A stretch of DNA of 63,899 nt, counting the filler, from Octopus bimaculoides (lineage: Eukaryota): NCBI RefSeq assembly GCF_001194135.2. It is 5 parts of 5 records of this genome, joined end to end, with 100 filler letters (N's around TTAATTAATTAA, not from the genome) between each part and the next. Parts side by side here need not be neighbours in the genome. Positions count along the whole stretch, not along the records: positions 1 to 22,336 come from NC_068991.1; 4 more parts are not named here. One strand, written 5' to 3'. The notes beneath the pieces were generated by a model. That model was given only the letters and a program-made list of their open reading frames with translations. It was not told the DNA's origin and searched no databases. Shown here in pieces: positions 1-13,429 of this stretch (positions are counted from its first letter, which is position 1; every line of letters starts with the position of its first letter). The position numbers and the translations under genes were made by a program.

Positions 1-39
<39 letters not shown>

Positions 40-258
40 CACGTATATGTATTATATTTCGCTTAGATGTAGCGAGACTAATAATCTGGTGTAGAACTCA
101 ATATATGGTCTAGAAACAATGTCATATGAGTATAGAGTGATAATAGAAATCATTACATAACATTTGGTTGTTTTCCAATGTCATCTGTTTCAGATATATA
201 TAATTATATATGTATATATCTATACCTTTAGTTCATATCAGTGATATCTACCATTCTA

Positions 259-1050
259 TCAGGTCATCCCATAAGTTCTGTCCGATTTTACCTGTTTTAA
301 AATTGAATGAAATCTAATAGTATTTTAGAATGTCTAATGGAATTTAAAATTATTTTTATGCATTTGTGTACATTTAAACTAATTAAATATTATTTTACAG
401 AATAATAGAATTAAAATTTCTTTGATTAAAACCCTTTCTGACATGGAAGTATTCAAAGAGCATTTAAGGCACATAATACTTTATGAGTACAAAAAAGGAA
501 ACTCTGCAGCCGAAGCGACTCAAAACATACACTCACTTTATGGAAAAGGCATTACTTGAAGAAAATCCTGCATTATCAGTTGAAGAATTGGCAATAAAGC
601 TTAGTTCAAACCATACAACTGTTCATCATCATCTTCAACAATTTGGAAAGGTTCCTAAACTTGGAAAATCTGTGCCTCATGAATTGTCCGAAAGCAACAG
701 CAAATCCCGAGTTGACATCTGCTCTTCTCCCTGTTCTCGTGAACTCATTTCACCCTTTTTGAATAGACTTGTGACTGATGACGGAAGATGGATCTCCTAT
801 CGAAATGTTAAACGTCGTAAACAGTGGCTTGGTAAAAGGGAAAATGCTCAACCACAAACGAGAAGGGAACTTCATGGGGAAAAGGTTCTTCTCTCTATCT
901 AGTGGGATTGTATTGTTACCACCTAATGCAACAATCAATGCTCAAGTCTACTGTAAGCAATTAGAGCGTTTGAACCAAGCTTTGTAGAAAAAAAAGACCC
1001 GGTTTAGTGAATGGAAAAGGAGTCATGTTTCATCAGCACAATGCGCGACT
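259..1050 (+). mobile_element. Mariner transposon relic (left TIR plus degraded transposase, 3' truncated)
   Basis: TA|TCAGGTCATCCCATAAGTTCTGTCCGATTT end; peptides KLGKSVPHELS, NRLVTDDGRWISYRN, ATINAQVYCKQLERL, FHQHNAR. Confidence 0.85.
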
Positions 1051-1126
1051 CCAAATTATAATTTCAGATTTAAATAATTTAAACGATTGTCTATTTACTT
1101 CTGTCGTGACTATATATGTAATTATG

Positions 1127-1159
<33 letters not shown>

Positions 1160-2811
1160 GTTTCCTTAAAGTTAGAGCTAACCCACTTCTACTCAATTAT
1201 TGGCCAAGCCGAAACAATTCACCAGACCAGTGTGTAGGTGAATCGAACTCGGTATCCAAGCTAACAAAAGAAACTTCATAACCAAAAGGCCATAAGTGCT
1301 TACTTGGGTTGTTCATTCGTGAAAATTAAGTTGTGTTGGTCTTAGGATATTTCCCTTACAAGAATTAAGTTCCATAGAGGAATGAAAGTATCAGCAGTAT
1401 GGACCGGAGGATATGACCAACCTCGTATTCCGGTAGTTTAGGGACCTTTTCCACATGGGGAAAACGACAGGAAACTTCTTCAGTATGATAAAGCTAACGA
1501 CGAACCCTCTCTGTAATATAATGACCTGTTAGAAATAGCAGACTAATTTCCCTCAAATCACACTATACCGTTTTAAAAATATGAAAGGATAACTATAATT
1601 ATATTCCTATATAACTATATTAACTATTGGATAACTCTATTCCTAGATAAACTACGTTTGAGTAAAGGTCTGATTGATCATGAGGAGAATGATTTAATCA
1701 TAGAAATTCTCGATCAGGGTTGACTGGTCGCTAGACAGCAAAAGCAATTCTCTTTCAATATCGTATATCATTTTAACTGTTCAAACATATATCTGAAAGC
1801 GGATGTGTTAGTGAAACAGAGAGGAAAGAAGTGTAGGTTAAATAAGATCTAAAATATTAACATTCTTACCTCTACCACAAAAGAGACATCTTCATTTGCT
1901 GAGAAGTTGTGTCCGTTAATACAGGAGAGTTTATCCGTAACATTTTTCAAGCCACGAAATATGTTAATGTGACACTTCTCATAACTGATGACATCGTATG
2001 ACGTCACGTTGTATATGGACAGCTGTTCCTCTGAGAGATCTTTGCATTGATGATCTGGAGTATAACCTGAAAAGAAAATACTATTTCATAAACTCAAAGT
2101 TCCTTTAATTTGATGTCAAAATTTCTGAGATAAGTTGTCATATAATTTTCTCAGATTATTAACCCCATCTTTAAATATGAAACTACTGCGTTTTCATCAG
2201 TTTCGCCTCCAATCATCACAAAGCATTCTATTCCTGGATGTGTACAGAATAATAGACTGGATCCGAACCAGAAAATTTAATTTATTTCCCTTTTTAAAAA
2301 ATATTTATTCTATTTGTTAACCGCCGTCTGTCTCGTAATGTAAAAACTGAAGTAGCCTCCGTTCAGTTGGACGTTTGGAGATTAATGCTTGTACAAAGAG
2401 TACGTTTCAAGGAAGATTAATTAAAGAGTTTATGCAGTGGGTTTTGCAATGAGAGATAAAGAACTAAAAAAGAAGAGGTGTTGGAATGAAAATTGTAGAG
2501 TATGTACTGAGTGGGGTGTGTACTATTATTGGATAGCAGTTGAGTTGAATGTGAGTGTAATAGAGTCTGATATCGATTACATAAGGGTATGTGTTGTATT
2601 ATTTCATTGAGTGATAATTTCATAGTGTGTTTTGTGTTATTAAAAATATGATATTGAAAGTTTTATTTGGAGTGCAGGTTGTGTCAAACAGTAAACATGT
2701 TTTGACTGCGTGTAATGTTGTCTTCCTTGCAGAATATCTTGACCGTCGGACAAAATACTTTACTTTATTCCGTTGCAGCACGTTACATTCTGACTTCATA
2801 TATCGTCGAAG

Positions 2812-3120
2812 TTAACTTGGTCTTTCATTATTTCAAGATCGATAAAATAAAGTACCAGTCAAGTACTGGGATCGATGTAATCGACTAACTTCCTGCTTAC
2901 ATAGCTGCCGACCTTGTATCTATCTCAGAAAGTATTAGGACAGCGAGCAGGCAGAGTCATTAGTGCGCCGGAAATAAAACATGCTTTGTGGTATTCTTTC
3001 AGTCTCTTTACATTCTGAGTTCAAACCTCTCCGAGATCAACTTTGCGTTTCATGTTTTCGAAGTCGATAAAACGAAGTACCTGTCAATTACCGGGGTCGG
3101 TGTAATCTACTTGTCCTACT
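2812..3120 (+). mobile_element. Two tandem partial copies of tRNA-headed SINE family A
   Basis: Shared core ttctgagttcaaa...ctttgcgtttcat...gtcgataaa...agtacc...gatgtaatcgact. Confidence 0.75.
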
Positions 3121-4000
3121 TCCATCAACATTTCTCGTGCGAAACTTAGAAAAAATATAACAAAGCTATTAAACCTAATTTATTTAGCAGAGATGTTACC
3201 TAGAGATTTGATGAGAATAAATTGCCTCAAATTTCAGTAAACTTTTTTACACCATTTGTTTCTTTGCCCTCTATAGTCGTACCTGGTCTTGTTACTGCTG
3301 TAGTATTGTCTGTATTTATGGAGATCTCCCATAAATACAGAAGTTATCATTCACCATACTGGAACTGAAGCATATTTATACCATTTTCCCATTATTTCAA
3401 ATTCATAAACTTCACTAACATCCTACTTCACTCTTTCATAGATATAGTCATGCCTGCATTGAAAATCTCATTATACTAGTTTACTGTACTTAGTTTCGAA
3501 ATGGTTAATACTTTCGTCCCCTTCTCCACATATTCTGTATTTACTCTCTCGTAAGATTTATTACTCTTTCTATCAAGTTTGGCTTAATGGCTTGCTCTTT
3601 TGCGCCTATAATTAGTGATTCGGTGTCTCGTCTCAGGTTTCCATGTGTCAAACACCACTAGTGTTAGTGTTCTTTCTTCTGAATATCGTCGAACAACAAG
3701 TTCACGCATGAAATATTTTTTGTGTTATTTAGAATTATTTAACGTGGACATTGCTTACTGCATTGTCTCACAAAGAAAGGAGGCTTTCTCTTAAGCCATC
3801 ATAAGATGTTCCTCTGGTTAAAGGTGGGAAGGCCGAGAGCGTGTTTATAGTTATTCGTGACAAAAATGATACCCAAAATGATTAAGAGAGAATTGACAGC
3901 AGTCTGGGTGAGTGTCTTATATAGAGAAAAAGGAAAGCCTACGGATCCAACAACCTGACATTCACAAACAGATATTGTGCGCGAAATACTCACTCATATG

Positions 4001-4893
4001 CTTGTGCATATCAAAAACTTACAGGACTAGAATAAAAAAAGAAAAAACTTATTTACTTAAGTTTTAACATTATTTCCTTCGAAATAGTCACCTTGCGCAG
4101 TACTACACCGGTCCCAGCGTTCATGCCACTTTTGGAATCCGGCCTGAAAGTCGTTTTCCGTAAGGGAGTCGAGGACCTTCAGCAATTTACTCTAGAACTC
4201 GACAACGGTGTTAATACGGCGACCATTGAGCTGCATTTTCATCTTGAGAAATAGATGGAAATCCGTACCTGATAAGTCTGGCGAATACGGCTGGTGCAGA
4301 AGCGATACCATGTTGTTTTTGGTGAGAAACTCGCGAGTGAAGATAGCTCGGTGACAGGGTGCATTGTCGTCATAAAGAATTCAATTCTTCACGTTCTACA
4401 GATCCGGTCGCTTTCACCGAATGTCCTCCCTCAAAAGCTTCAAAATGTCGCAGTAGAACTCTCGATTGTCGGTGTGAAACTGTGGGACGAATTCTCGATG
4501 CACAATACCACTTTCCCGGGTGTGACGCTTGTAGCAGGTTTCCCAGATCGCTCATAATCTTCTAGGGTCGTTCTTCCCCTTCTGAAGTTCCAGTACCACT
4601 CAAAGCATTGCGTAAAACCCATTGCCTCGTTGCCATAAGCTTGCCAAAATATGCTCAATGTCTCTGTAGCAAACTTTCCAGGTTTAACGCAAAATTTCAC
4701 ACAGAATCACAGACTACAGCATATACGTGATAACAAAAACACAAATTCCACAATTTGTGAAGTAAACAAAGTAATCTCACTCGGCACACTGCCTTATTTA
4801 TGTCACTGCTAGCTCTCATTCTGCACGCAATCGTGTGCTGCCATCCGTTGACGCGCACCAGAACTAGTCCCGGAACTTTTTGACTAGACATTA
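4001..4893 (-). mobile_element. Internally deleted mariner (DD34D) with both TIRs
   Basis: N-terminal KFCVKPGKFATET...ERSGKPATS; manual translation GIVHREFVP...DDNAPCH...PYSPDLSGTD (34 aa D-D spacing); TIR core tcaaaaagttccgggactag. Confidence 0.9.
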
Positions 4894-5473
4894 TAAAAGT
4901 GTCACCATTGAAGAGATCAGCATTGACTTGCCAGCCCTAAGGCCCACAATGCTACTCTAGAATCTATAACTTGTAGGCTCTGAGTTTAAGGCAATACGAC
5001 TGATGGTGTAGGATAGAAAACCTAGTCGTTATACTTGTGGTAGCAAAAGCCACTTGAAGACTAATCAGGGTTTTCAGGCTTATGTTCTGGTTTCACCGGT
5101 TGGAGATCCGAAATGGTCGAAATTTGTACCTTATTTCAGGTTTCAGACGCAAACGTTGACAAAACACACTGTCTCATCTAGGAAAGTGGAAGAAATCAAC
5201 TCAGGCCCAGTCTATAAAGACAATAACCATCTAAACAGTTTCCCTACCATAACTAGCAACAACAGTGCCAATCTATGGTCTTCTGGCGAAAGGAATCGGA
5301 AACAAATTTGCATACAGTAGCAGAAAACGCATTAAAGGTGGGGGAAAGACTTTGATTGGGCCATCCGTTTCACTTTAATAAGTGGGGAAAACCATTTCAT
5401 TATTCAGTTACTTCGTAGCAAAAGTAATAAAAATTCCCCCATGAATTTATGCTCAAGTTATTTATTTAGTCGT

Positions 5474-5493
5474 TAATAATAATAATGATGATG

Positions 5494-5581
<88 letters not shown>

Positions 5582-5843
5582 GCACGCTGTAAAAATAAAA
5601 CTACTGAATAATAATAATAATAGCAATAATAATAATAAACCTTTCTACTATAGGTACAAGGACTGAAATTTTGGGGGAGGTGACCCGTCGATTACATCGA
5701 CCCCTGTGTTTCTCTGGTACTTAATTTATCGACCCCGAAAGGACTAAAAGCAAAGTCGACCTTGGCGGAATTTGAACTCAGAACATGCAGACAGACGCAA
5801 AGCATTTCGCCCGGCGTGCTAACGATTCTGTCAGCTCGCCGCC
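5474..5843 (-). mobile_element. SINE family A copy with expanded (AAT)n tail
   Basis: Reverse complement of ggcggcgagctgacagaatcgttagcacgccgggcgaaatgc...; 3' end runs into long AAT array at 5474-5640. Confidence 0.85.
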
Positions 5844-5844
5844 A

Positions 5845-6000
5845 TAATTTGGTGGAAAACTGTGGGCTGAACGGGAGATGCCTCCGCCCCTAAGAGTCTC
5901 TTCAAGGAGGTCAATATTGTCCCAAGCCACAATTGTGAATACACCTGAGTAGATGTTTCCGGGCAGTGGTGTGCCGTTTTCCGAAACTTCCAGCTTCTAG
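5845..6000 (-). mobile_element. Possible Academ-type DNA transposase fragment
   Basis: Manual translation LPGNIYSGVFTIVAWDNIDLLEETLRGGGIS; family assignment from memory of the motif. Confidence 0.35.
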
Positions 6001-6269
6001 AAGCAAAGGGATACAAATGTAAGACGTTAAAAAGAAAGTGTGTTGCAATTAGTAGAATTGTGTTTTCTGATTAACGTGTAAATCACATATCGATGGAAAA
6101 TATATTAAAATTCGAAATTATGTGAATTTTATACACAATGAAGACCTTAATAATTACATTATTTTAATAAAAGTTACACAATCACAACGAATTAATATTA
6201 ATAAGCAGCTTTTCTTTATTATTGAAACGATGTAAAGGAAATTAATTCAGCGCAGATCAAAGCAATATT

Positions 6270-6720
6270 ATAGCTATCAATATGAGAAGGAAATCTTTCT
6301 TTGATGTCTTTCCTCAGCTGTTTGGGATTCAAACCAGTCTTTGAAGGAAATAGAATACTGATACTGATGGAAAGTCGCGGCAACCGACTACGCAAGTAAA
6401 TAAGACCACGTACCATCCCTTCACAAGCGCCTCATCAACTGAGTCCTCATATTTGGTCTTTTTCAGCTGGTGAGGAATGTCAAATCTGTTTCCTCAGGGC
6501 ACTATGAAATTCAACCATGGTAATTGTTTTTGCATTCCAGGATTGCAGAAACAGGTGTGGTTCGAGCGATGTTAACGCGATTCCAGGAAGATGAGTCAAC
6601 CCTTCGGGGCTATCTCATTTTCCAGTCTGAGGCTTGATGCAAAATAGAAAACGGATCCCCCAACTGTAACGCGTACGTTTGGAGTCTTGTCACTTTTCCT
6701 TAGAAATTTGATTCCTTTTG
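6270..6720 (-). mobile_element. Restriction-like endonuclease (RLE) remnant of NeSL/HERO-like non-LTR retrotransposon
   Basis: Frameshifted translation IALTSLEPHL...KTITMVEF / KTKYEDSVDEALVKGW...VGCRDFPS resembles TSLRPD...IELTVPWE...K..KY...GW...EVGCRGF. Confidence 0.65.
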
Positions 6721-7189
6721 GTTGTCGTTTAATGCAATTAATTATCTGGAGGTCTATCTAATTTCTGAAAAGATCTTGTCATGCCTCAATTGATATCGGC
6801 ATTCTTTCAATGGTGTAAGCCACAATGACGTGATTGTAATGACATGATTATGGTAATGTGTTGCCTAATAGTCTAGAGTATGAGTTTTTAGAATGAAACA
6901 CAATTAATTAATGGAAAAAAGTATCATTTAATTTTGTAATACCTTTAAATGGAATTATAATGAGTCATTTTGAAATAATTATAAAATAGCATTTCATTGA
7001 TAAGTCATGTTTCTCCAGGTTAATTATATTTCTTGTTAAATAAAGATGAAAGATTTTAAGACATTTTTGTTATTCTTCTTGCGGTTGTCGACTAATTAAT
7101 CACAGCGTGGGATACGAAAGTCTTTGATTCAAGAAAATAACGAAGGGTCATTGGTTATTGTTATGACAGCAGTACAGAGCAGAAATGTG

Positions 7190-7885
7190 TCTGTTTGGAG
7201 CTGTGGGATGGTGGCGAATCCTCTTGGAGGCCCCAAAGTGCGCCTTGCAAGAGCTCATTCGCCCATGGAAGCAGTTCAGCTTCCAAAATGCCGCTAATGT
7301 ATCACTGGATGTTAATTTTAACACCCGAGGGTACAAAAACGTGGAGAGACCTTTCAGTGGTTGTCACAGCCGCCCAAACCATAACTGACTTTGACGTCGG
7401 TTTACGAGTCTACCCACGACGGAGACATACACTCCAAAGTCGATCATTCTGGTGGTTTACTGTCTGTTCGATGTCAATTTTTGTTTTCATCAGTGAACAC
7501 CAAGTTGGACAGCGTGCCTTCAGCAATCTGACCCAGCATAAGACGACTTTTCTCCAGTTCCTTGGCCTTATAAACTTGCGTGAGCTCATGACGATGGGTC
7601 ATCTTGTAGGAGTGGGTCCTGAAATCTTTCTTCAGCACTCGATACATCGATGTTCAGCTTGCTTTTGCTGTGGCAGTTAGTTTTCTGACAGAATGATGAG
7701 GATTTCACCGTATCTTTTCTTTGGTACTTTTGATAAGCTGAAGGGTCTGTACACTTCATTTTCGGCTCCGTCCAAATCAATCAGCGGTGGAACCAGTCTC
7801 TTGAAATTTCTTGATAATTTTCCAGACTGTTGTTCAGTTAATTTTAAGCTTTTTCTCTACTGCTGTATTACTTTCGCCTCATTTG
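7190..7885 (-). mobile_element. Tc1/mariner (maT/DD37D-like) transposase relic
   Basis: Manual translation TVWKIIKKFQETGS...LVFTDE...VMVWAAV...GVKIN...ILEAELLPWA...LQEDSPPSH, with stops. Confidence 0.85.
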
Positions 7886-8165
7886 TGGCATNNNNNNNNN
7901 NNNNNNNNNNNNNNNNNNNNNNNNNNNNNNNNNNNNNNNNNNNNNNNNNNNNNNNNNNNNNNNNNATATATATATATATATATATATATAGTCACACATA
8001 CACATGTATGTGTGACCCACATATATGCACATAAATGCGTGTACGTATACTCCGCACACCTTCCCCTCACACGCAGACACACATGTATATGTATATCTAC
8101 ACACTCTCATACGCACACATACACATTGCATTAATTTTTCAAGCAGTAACTAATTGTTGGCATAT

Positions 8166-8328
<163 letters not shown>

Positions 8329-9034
8329 ATGTACAGTTGCATTGTAAGGTTACATATCTAATTATATGAACATCAGTATCTGCACACAAGTGTAAAGGTA
8401 AAGAAAGGCATATTTTAGCTTCTCTACATAATTCATCTGTTACGTTAGTTTAGAGGCTATGTTCCTACATGATACCTTTGGAAGGCGACAAAGAGTCACT
8501 AATGTATGCAAACCAAAAGATACTAGAACATAGCCTCTAGACTAACATTAACGGGTGAAGTATCTAGAGAGGCAAAAATATGCCTTTCTATATATAAACT
8601 GAGAGTGATGTAGCACCATTAAAATCTATTTGAAGCTATTTCACGAAATGGTGACATAGAATCCATTGAAACGCCCCTTGACGCTGCAATGTCTCAACCC
8701 AGTATGCTATAATCACAAGAGTTTGAGGCTATGAAAATAAGGTCACCAGATATTTGTGTTAGTACATTTATCACCCTAGCATAATCCTTTCACCTTCCTA
8801 TTTATTCTCTTTATTCTTCAATCTCTTATAAACCCAATCAAGATAGCCTGAGTGAGAGAGAGAGAGAGAGAAAGAAAGAGAGAGGGAGAGAAAGAAAGAG
8901 AGAGAGAGAGAATGACCCTATGCAAACATACATTTCCCTTTCATTATGCCCTTTCACGTTTCAAGATTCAAGATAAGACACCAATAAAAATGTGTGCATT
9001 AAAGTCATTGAACCTTATCTTTCAAGCAGTCAAT

Positions 9035-9116
<82 letters not shown>

Positions 9117-9992
9117 TTGTCTATCTGCCGGTTGTCTGTTTATCTGACAGTCTATCTGTCTGTCCGTCAGTCCATCCACTCCTTTGTTTACTCGTCGGCC
9201 TGCCTGTTTGTCTATGCAATTATCTTGGCATATTTTGGCAGCTGCTAATTACACGTGTGATATCTGCCACAGAAATATGACATGATCTACAGTTTCGGTT
9301 GCATCCTGGAGCTCCAAGGGCCTCGTTTTCTCTTTTCTTTATTAGTTATTTCGTAGCAATCTTCTAATTTTCGATTGCAAATGCTTTCGAGGTATGATGT
9401 GGTGTAGAGTTCAAGAGTACAAGAGTGGTTTCGTTTCATGTCGTCTTTCTATCTTCTTCAAGTCCTCGAGAAACAAGCTCATGCTTGGTCTCTTTATTTT
9501 TGGTATGCTGAGTGGTTCACATCCAGGTCTTCTTTGAGGTATGTTAGTCCAGCATTTTGTGGGTTGTATGGGAGGTCATCAGGAAGAGAGTGTTTCCTGA
9601 GGATATTGTTCGCTTCACTTTTCAGCATTAAATTAATGTATTTATTTTTGTTGTTGCTGTTTATCCAGTACTCTCTGAGAGATACTGTACGACATTCGAA
9701 GACTGCACTAATCTCAAGCCTCTATCACCTTCATCTCTTAGGTAGAGACTGTCAAATTCACTATTTCTGTGGAGATATGCAGTTAATGTATATTAGAATC
9801 TTGCGGGTTTTTACATGAATGTATGTNNNNNNNNNNNNNNNNNNNNNNNNNNNNNNNNNNNNNNNNNNNNNNNNNNNNNNNNNNNNNNNNNNNNNNNNNN
9901 NNNNNNNNNNNNNNNNNNNNNNNNNNNNNNNNNNNNNNNNNNNNNNNNNNNNNNNNNNNNNNNNNNNNNNNNATATATATATATATATATAT

Positions 9993-11543
9993 ATAAATGA
10001 CAAGCTGATCATATTGGGAAATATCAATGCAAGAGTTGGAAAGGACTATGTTTCATGGCTTGTTTTAGGTCGACATGGGATTGGAAAATGCAATAAAAAT
10101 GGAGTAATTTTCGTTTTGTACCGAGAATAATCTGGTTGTCACCAACTCTTTGTTTAAGCAGAAAAATAAATACAAAACCACCTGGATGTACCCAAGATCT
10201 AAGCACTGTCATCTCATAAATTATATTCTGAGCAGGAAACGTGATATGAAAGACGCTTCTAGCGTTCGGATCATGAGAGGGGCAGAGAGCTGGACTGACC
10301 ATCATCTAGTGTGTGAAAAAATAGATTTTTCGGTAATGCCTAAAACAAGACAGTCTAGGTACCCAAAAAATTAAATGTTGCAAACTTTAAATTATCAAGC
10401 AGCTTGCAAAGATTCCACGATGCTATAGAAAGTATCAATCTTGACCCAAACAATCTATGGGAAGATTTCAGAACAAAAGCATTTCAGGCTGCAAGTTCGT
10501 CAGTGGGATTTAAATCACATAAGTCCAGTGATTGGTTTTCAGATAGATCAGTAGAAATTCATGATCTACTTTTAGAAAAACAAAACTTAGGTAATACACT
10601 TCTTTCTCAGTCCTTGAACCCCAACTCAAACGAAGCTTACAGAAATCTGAAAAAGAAAGTGCAGACTGCTATAAGGAAAATTAAACAGGAATGGTGGAAT
10701 GATAGAGGAAAACGGGCACAAGAATCAGCTGATAGAAGTGATGCCAAGGGTTTGTACTCTTATTTTAAGGAGGTATATGGCCCAAAATCTTCAGTAGCTC
10801 CAGTGAGAACATCAAATAGACGTTTTCTTCTCACTGACACCGCTTCTATTCATAAGCGTTGGTGTAGAACATTTTTCCGCACCTCAATTGAAAGCTACGA
10901 TTTTGAGGAACCAATTGAGATAGGCTGACCATATTGTTCGAATGGCATATGAACGCATGCCGAAACAGTTGTTTTATGATGAGCTTGCAGAAGGGAAACG
11001 CTATCGGTGTAAACTTAAAAAACGGCTTAAGGACGGCATAAGGACTACTATGAGGTCACTTGGAAAGGTTTCAGAAGATATAGAAACCCTTGGTTCGGAT
11101 CGAGTTGAATGCCGAACAAAGGTGTGGAGTGGAGTGAAAGCATTTGAAGAGGCTAGGATAACACAAGTAAGATTCAAAAGAGATCTAAGGAAGAATGTAA
11201 AGATCGAGAAGGTGAATGACAATGACCTTTTTGTGTGCACAGTCTGTGACAGACCATGCCTCTCTTTCGCTGGCTTCAAATCTCATTTGCGAACGCATGG
11301 AAAGCGAATCTCCACCAACTATTCTGCCGATATGTCTGTGCATACCTTTGAATACAGTGTATGCCAGGTATGCCAAATCTAACGGGGGCCTCAAGAGACA
11401 CTTTAAGATCCACAAAGAGCAGAACTTATCTGCAGCACTTGGTGATTCAAATCGGAGGTGTAATCTATGTGGGTGTCTTTTCAGAACATTGTCTGGTTTT
11501 AAAAGCCACATCAGATACCATGATGATGCGAAGGTGGTCAAAC
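9993..11543 (+). mobile_element. RTE-clade LINE, RT domain deleted; APE endonuclease remnant plus C-terminal tail with three C2H2 fingers
   Basis: DKLIILGNINARVG, TWMYPRSKHCHLINYIL, GAESWTDHHLV; jumps near 10880 to RMAYERMPKQLFYDEL; CxxC...HxxxH fingers. Confidence 0.88.
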
Positions 11544-12559
11544 NNNNNNNNNNNNNNNNNNNNNNNNNNNNNNNNNNNNNNNNNNNNNNNNNNNNNNNNN
11601 NNNNNNNNNNNNNNNNNNNNNNNNNNNNNNNNNNNNNNNNNNNNNNNNNNNNNNNNNNNNNNNNNNNNNNNNNNNNNNNNNNNNNNNNNNNNNNNNNNNN
11701 NNNNNNNNNNNNNNNNNNNNNNNNNNNNNNNNNNNNNNNNNNNNNNNNNNNNNNNNNNNNNNNNNNNNNNNNNNNNNNNNNNNNNNNNNNNNNNNNNNNN
11801 NNNNNNNNNNNNNNNNNNNNNNNNNNNNNNNNNNNNNNNNNNNNNNNNNNNNNNNNNNNNNNNNNNNNNNNNNNNNNNNNNNNNNNNNNNNNNNNNNNNN
11901 NNNNNNNNNNNNNNNNNNTATATATATATATATATATATATATTACGGAGATGCACTTGCATAGCAAGTGACCTGATCTGAGATCGTGTGCTGGAACGAA
12001 AACAATTGCAGCGTGGAAGGTGTTTATAAGCCATTTAAAATAACACACAAAATCCGTTAGATTCACTTATACTCATATATATATGTCTGTATGTGTGTGT
12101 GTATCTATATGCATTCACATACATATTTGTATATGACCATCTTGCACGTTAAAATACTTTTCTATCATGAATCCCCATCATGATGAAAACATACAATCGT
12201 GTGGAAACACAAGGTCTCCACCTTCTTGACACCGACAGCCCTTCATAGGTTCAACATGTGAGTCAATTACTAAATAATTGAAACCATTAAAATGACAACT
12301 ACAAAACCTGCAGGCTTCGGTTGCGGGTGAGAGGCGGATTCTTCCGTATGAGTTTATATACAATTCTAAATGCATATAAATGTACACAAGGTAGTCGGGC
12401 TAAAGTGTGCATTGGAGAACATACAGATTAAAGTTTAGTTGAGAAAATGTTAGCCGACATGGAGGTCTGGAAACCATTTGAATACTGGAAAAGAGTTTTC
12501 TGTATCATGATGTTTTGGGTATCAAAATTCCCACATCATCATTGCTGCTTAATGCTCTG

Positions 12560-13228
12560 TGAACACTGAAAAGGCTGTAAAACGTGATAGGGATAACTGC
12601 AACAGAGACAAAGAAGCCGTGTCCAGCTGAAAGGGACAAAGCAGGCGCTCTGACTGCGTCCGCACGCCAGATTTCTGTCCCACATTGTTGAACAGATCTT
12701 AGGCTTAATTCAGATAATTATGTGAAGCTACTGGAGACTGTGGTTAAAGCCTGGCTAGAGAGGGTTGTTGCTAGAGTACGATGTGTGGCAGCAAGATTCG
12801 GCTCCATGCCATACCCTCAGAAAGAGTCAGATGTGGTTGTCGGAGAATGTCTACGACTTCATCAGTCCCAATTTCTGGCCTCCTAATTCTCTCGATTATA
12901 ATGCCATAGGTTACTATTTGTAGGGCGCAGTTAAGAAAGAAACAAACCCCTTTGCCTGCAACACTAAAGCGGAACTGGTGTCCAAGATCAAGTAGATGTT
13001 CGAAGACCTTCACAGGAACACAATGAGGAACGTATATGTCAGATTCCGGAGCAGTCTTAAGGCCGTGGCTGTAGCTGAGTGTTCCTATTTTGTGCAAACT
13101 GTTATCTCCCAGTCATAATTTAGATGATATTATTTGATTTTTTTCAAAAATACTTTTATTTTGGGATGGGATATTGTGTTTCCTTTCCCTTTTATGCAAA
13201 ATGTCAAATTTTGTCTGAACACTGCGTA
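12560..13228 (+). mobile_element. maT/DD37D transposon relic (internally deleted)
   Basis: WQQDSAPCH...WPPNSLDYNAI(G): 37 residues to the mutated third Asp position; end ...aattttgtctgaacactgcg|ta. Confidence 0.82.
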
Positions 13229-13429
13229 CGGACGTATGTATGTATGTATGTATGTATGTATGTATGTATGTATGTATGTATGTATGTATGTATGAATGTA
13301 TGTATGTGTATGCTTATATATATATGTTTATATAGATGCTTATATATATATTTCTCTATCTTTCTATCTATCCCTCTATTTATCTACCTATCTATCTTTC
13401 TTCTTACCCATCTCCCCCTCTCGCTCTGC

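Noticed and set aside
1999-2006. Perfect CRE TGACGTCA
   Set aside because: Isolated 8-mer without a promoter context; chance occurrence is plausible.
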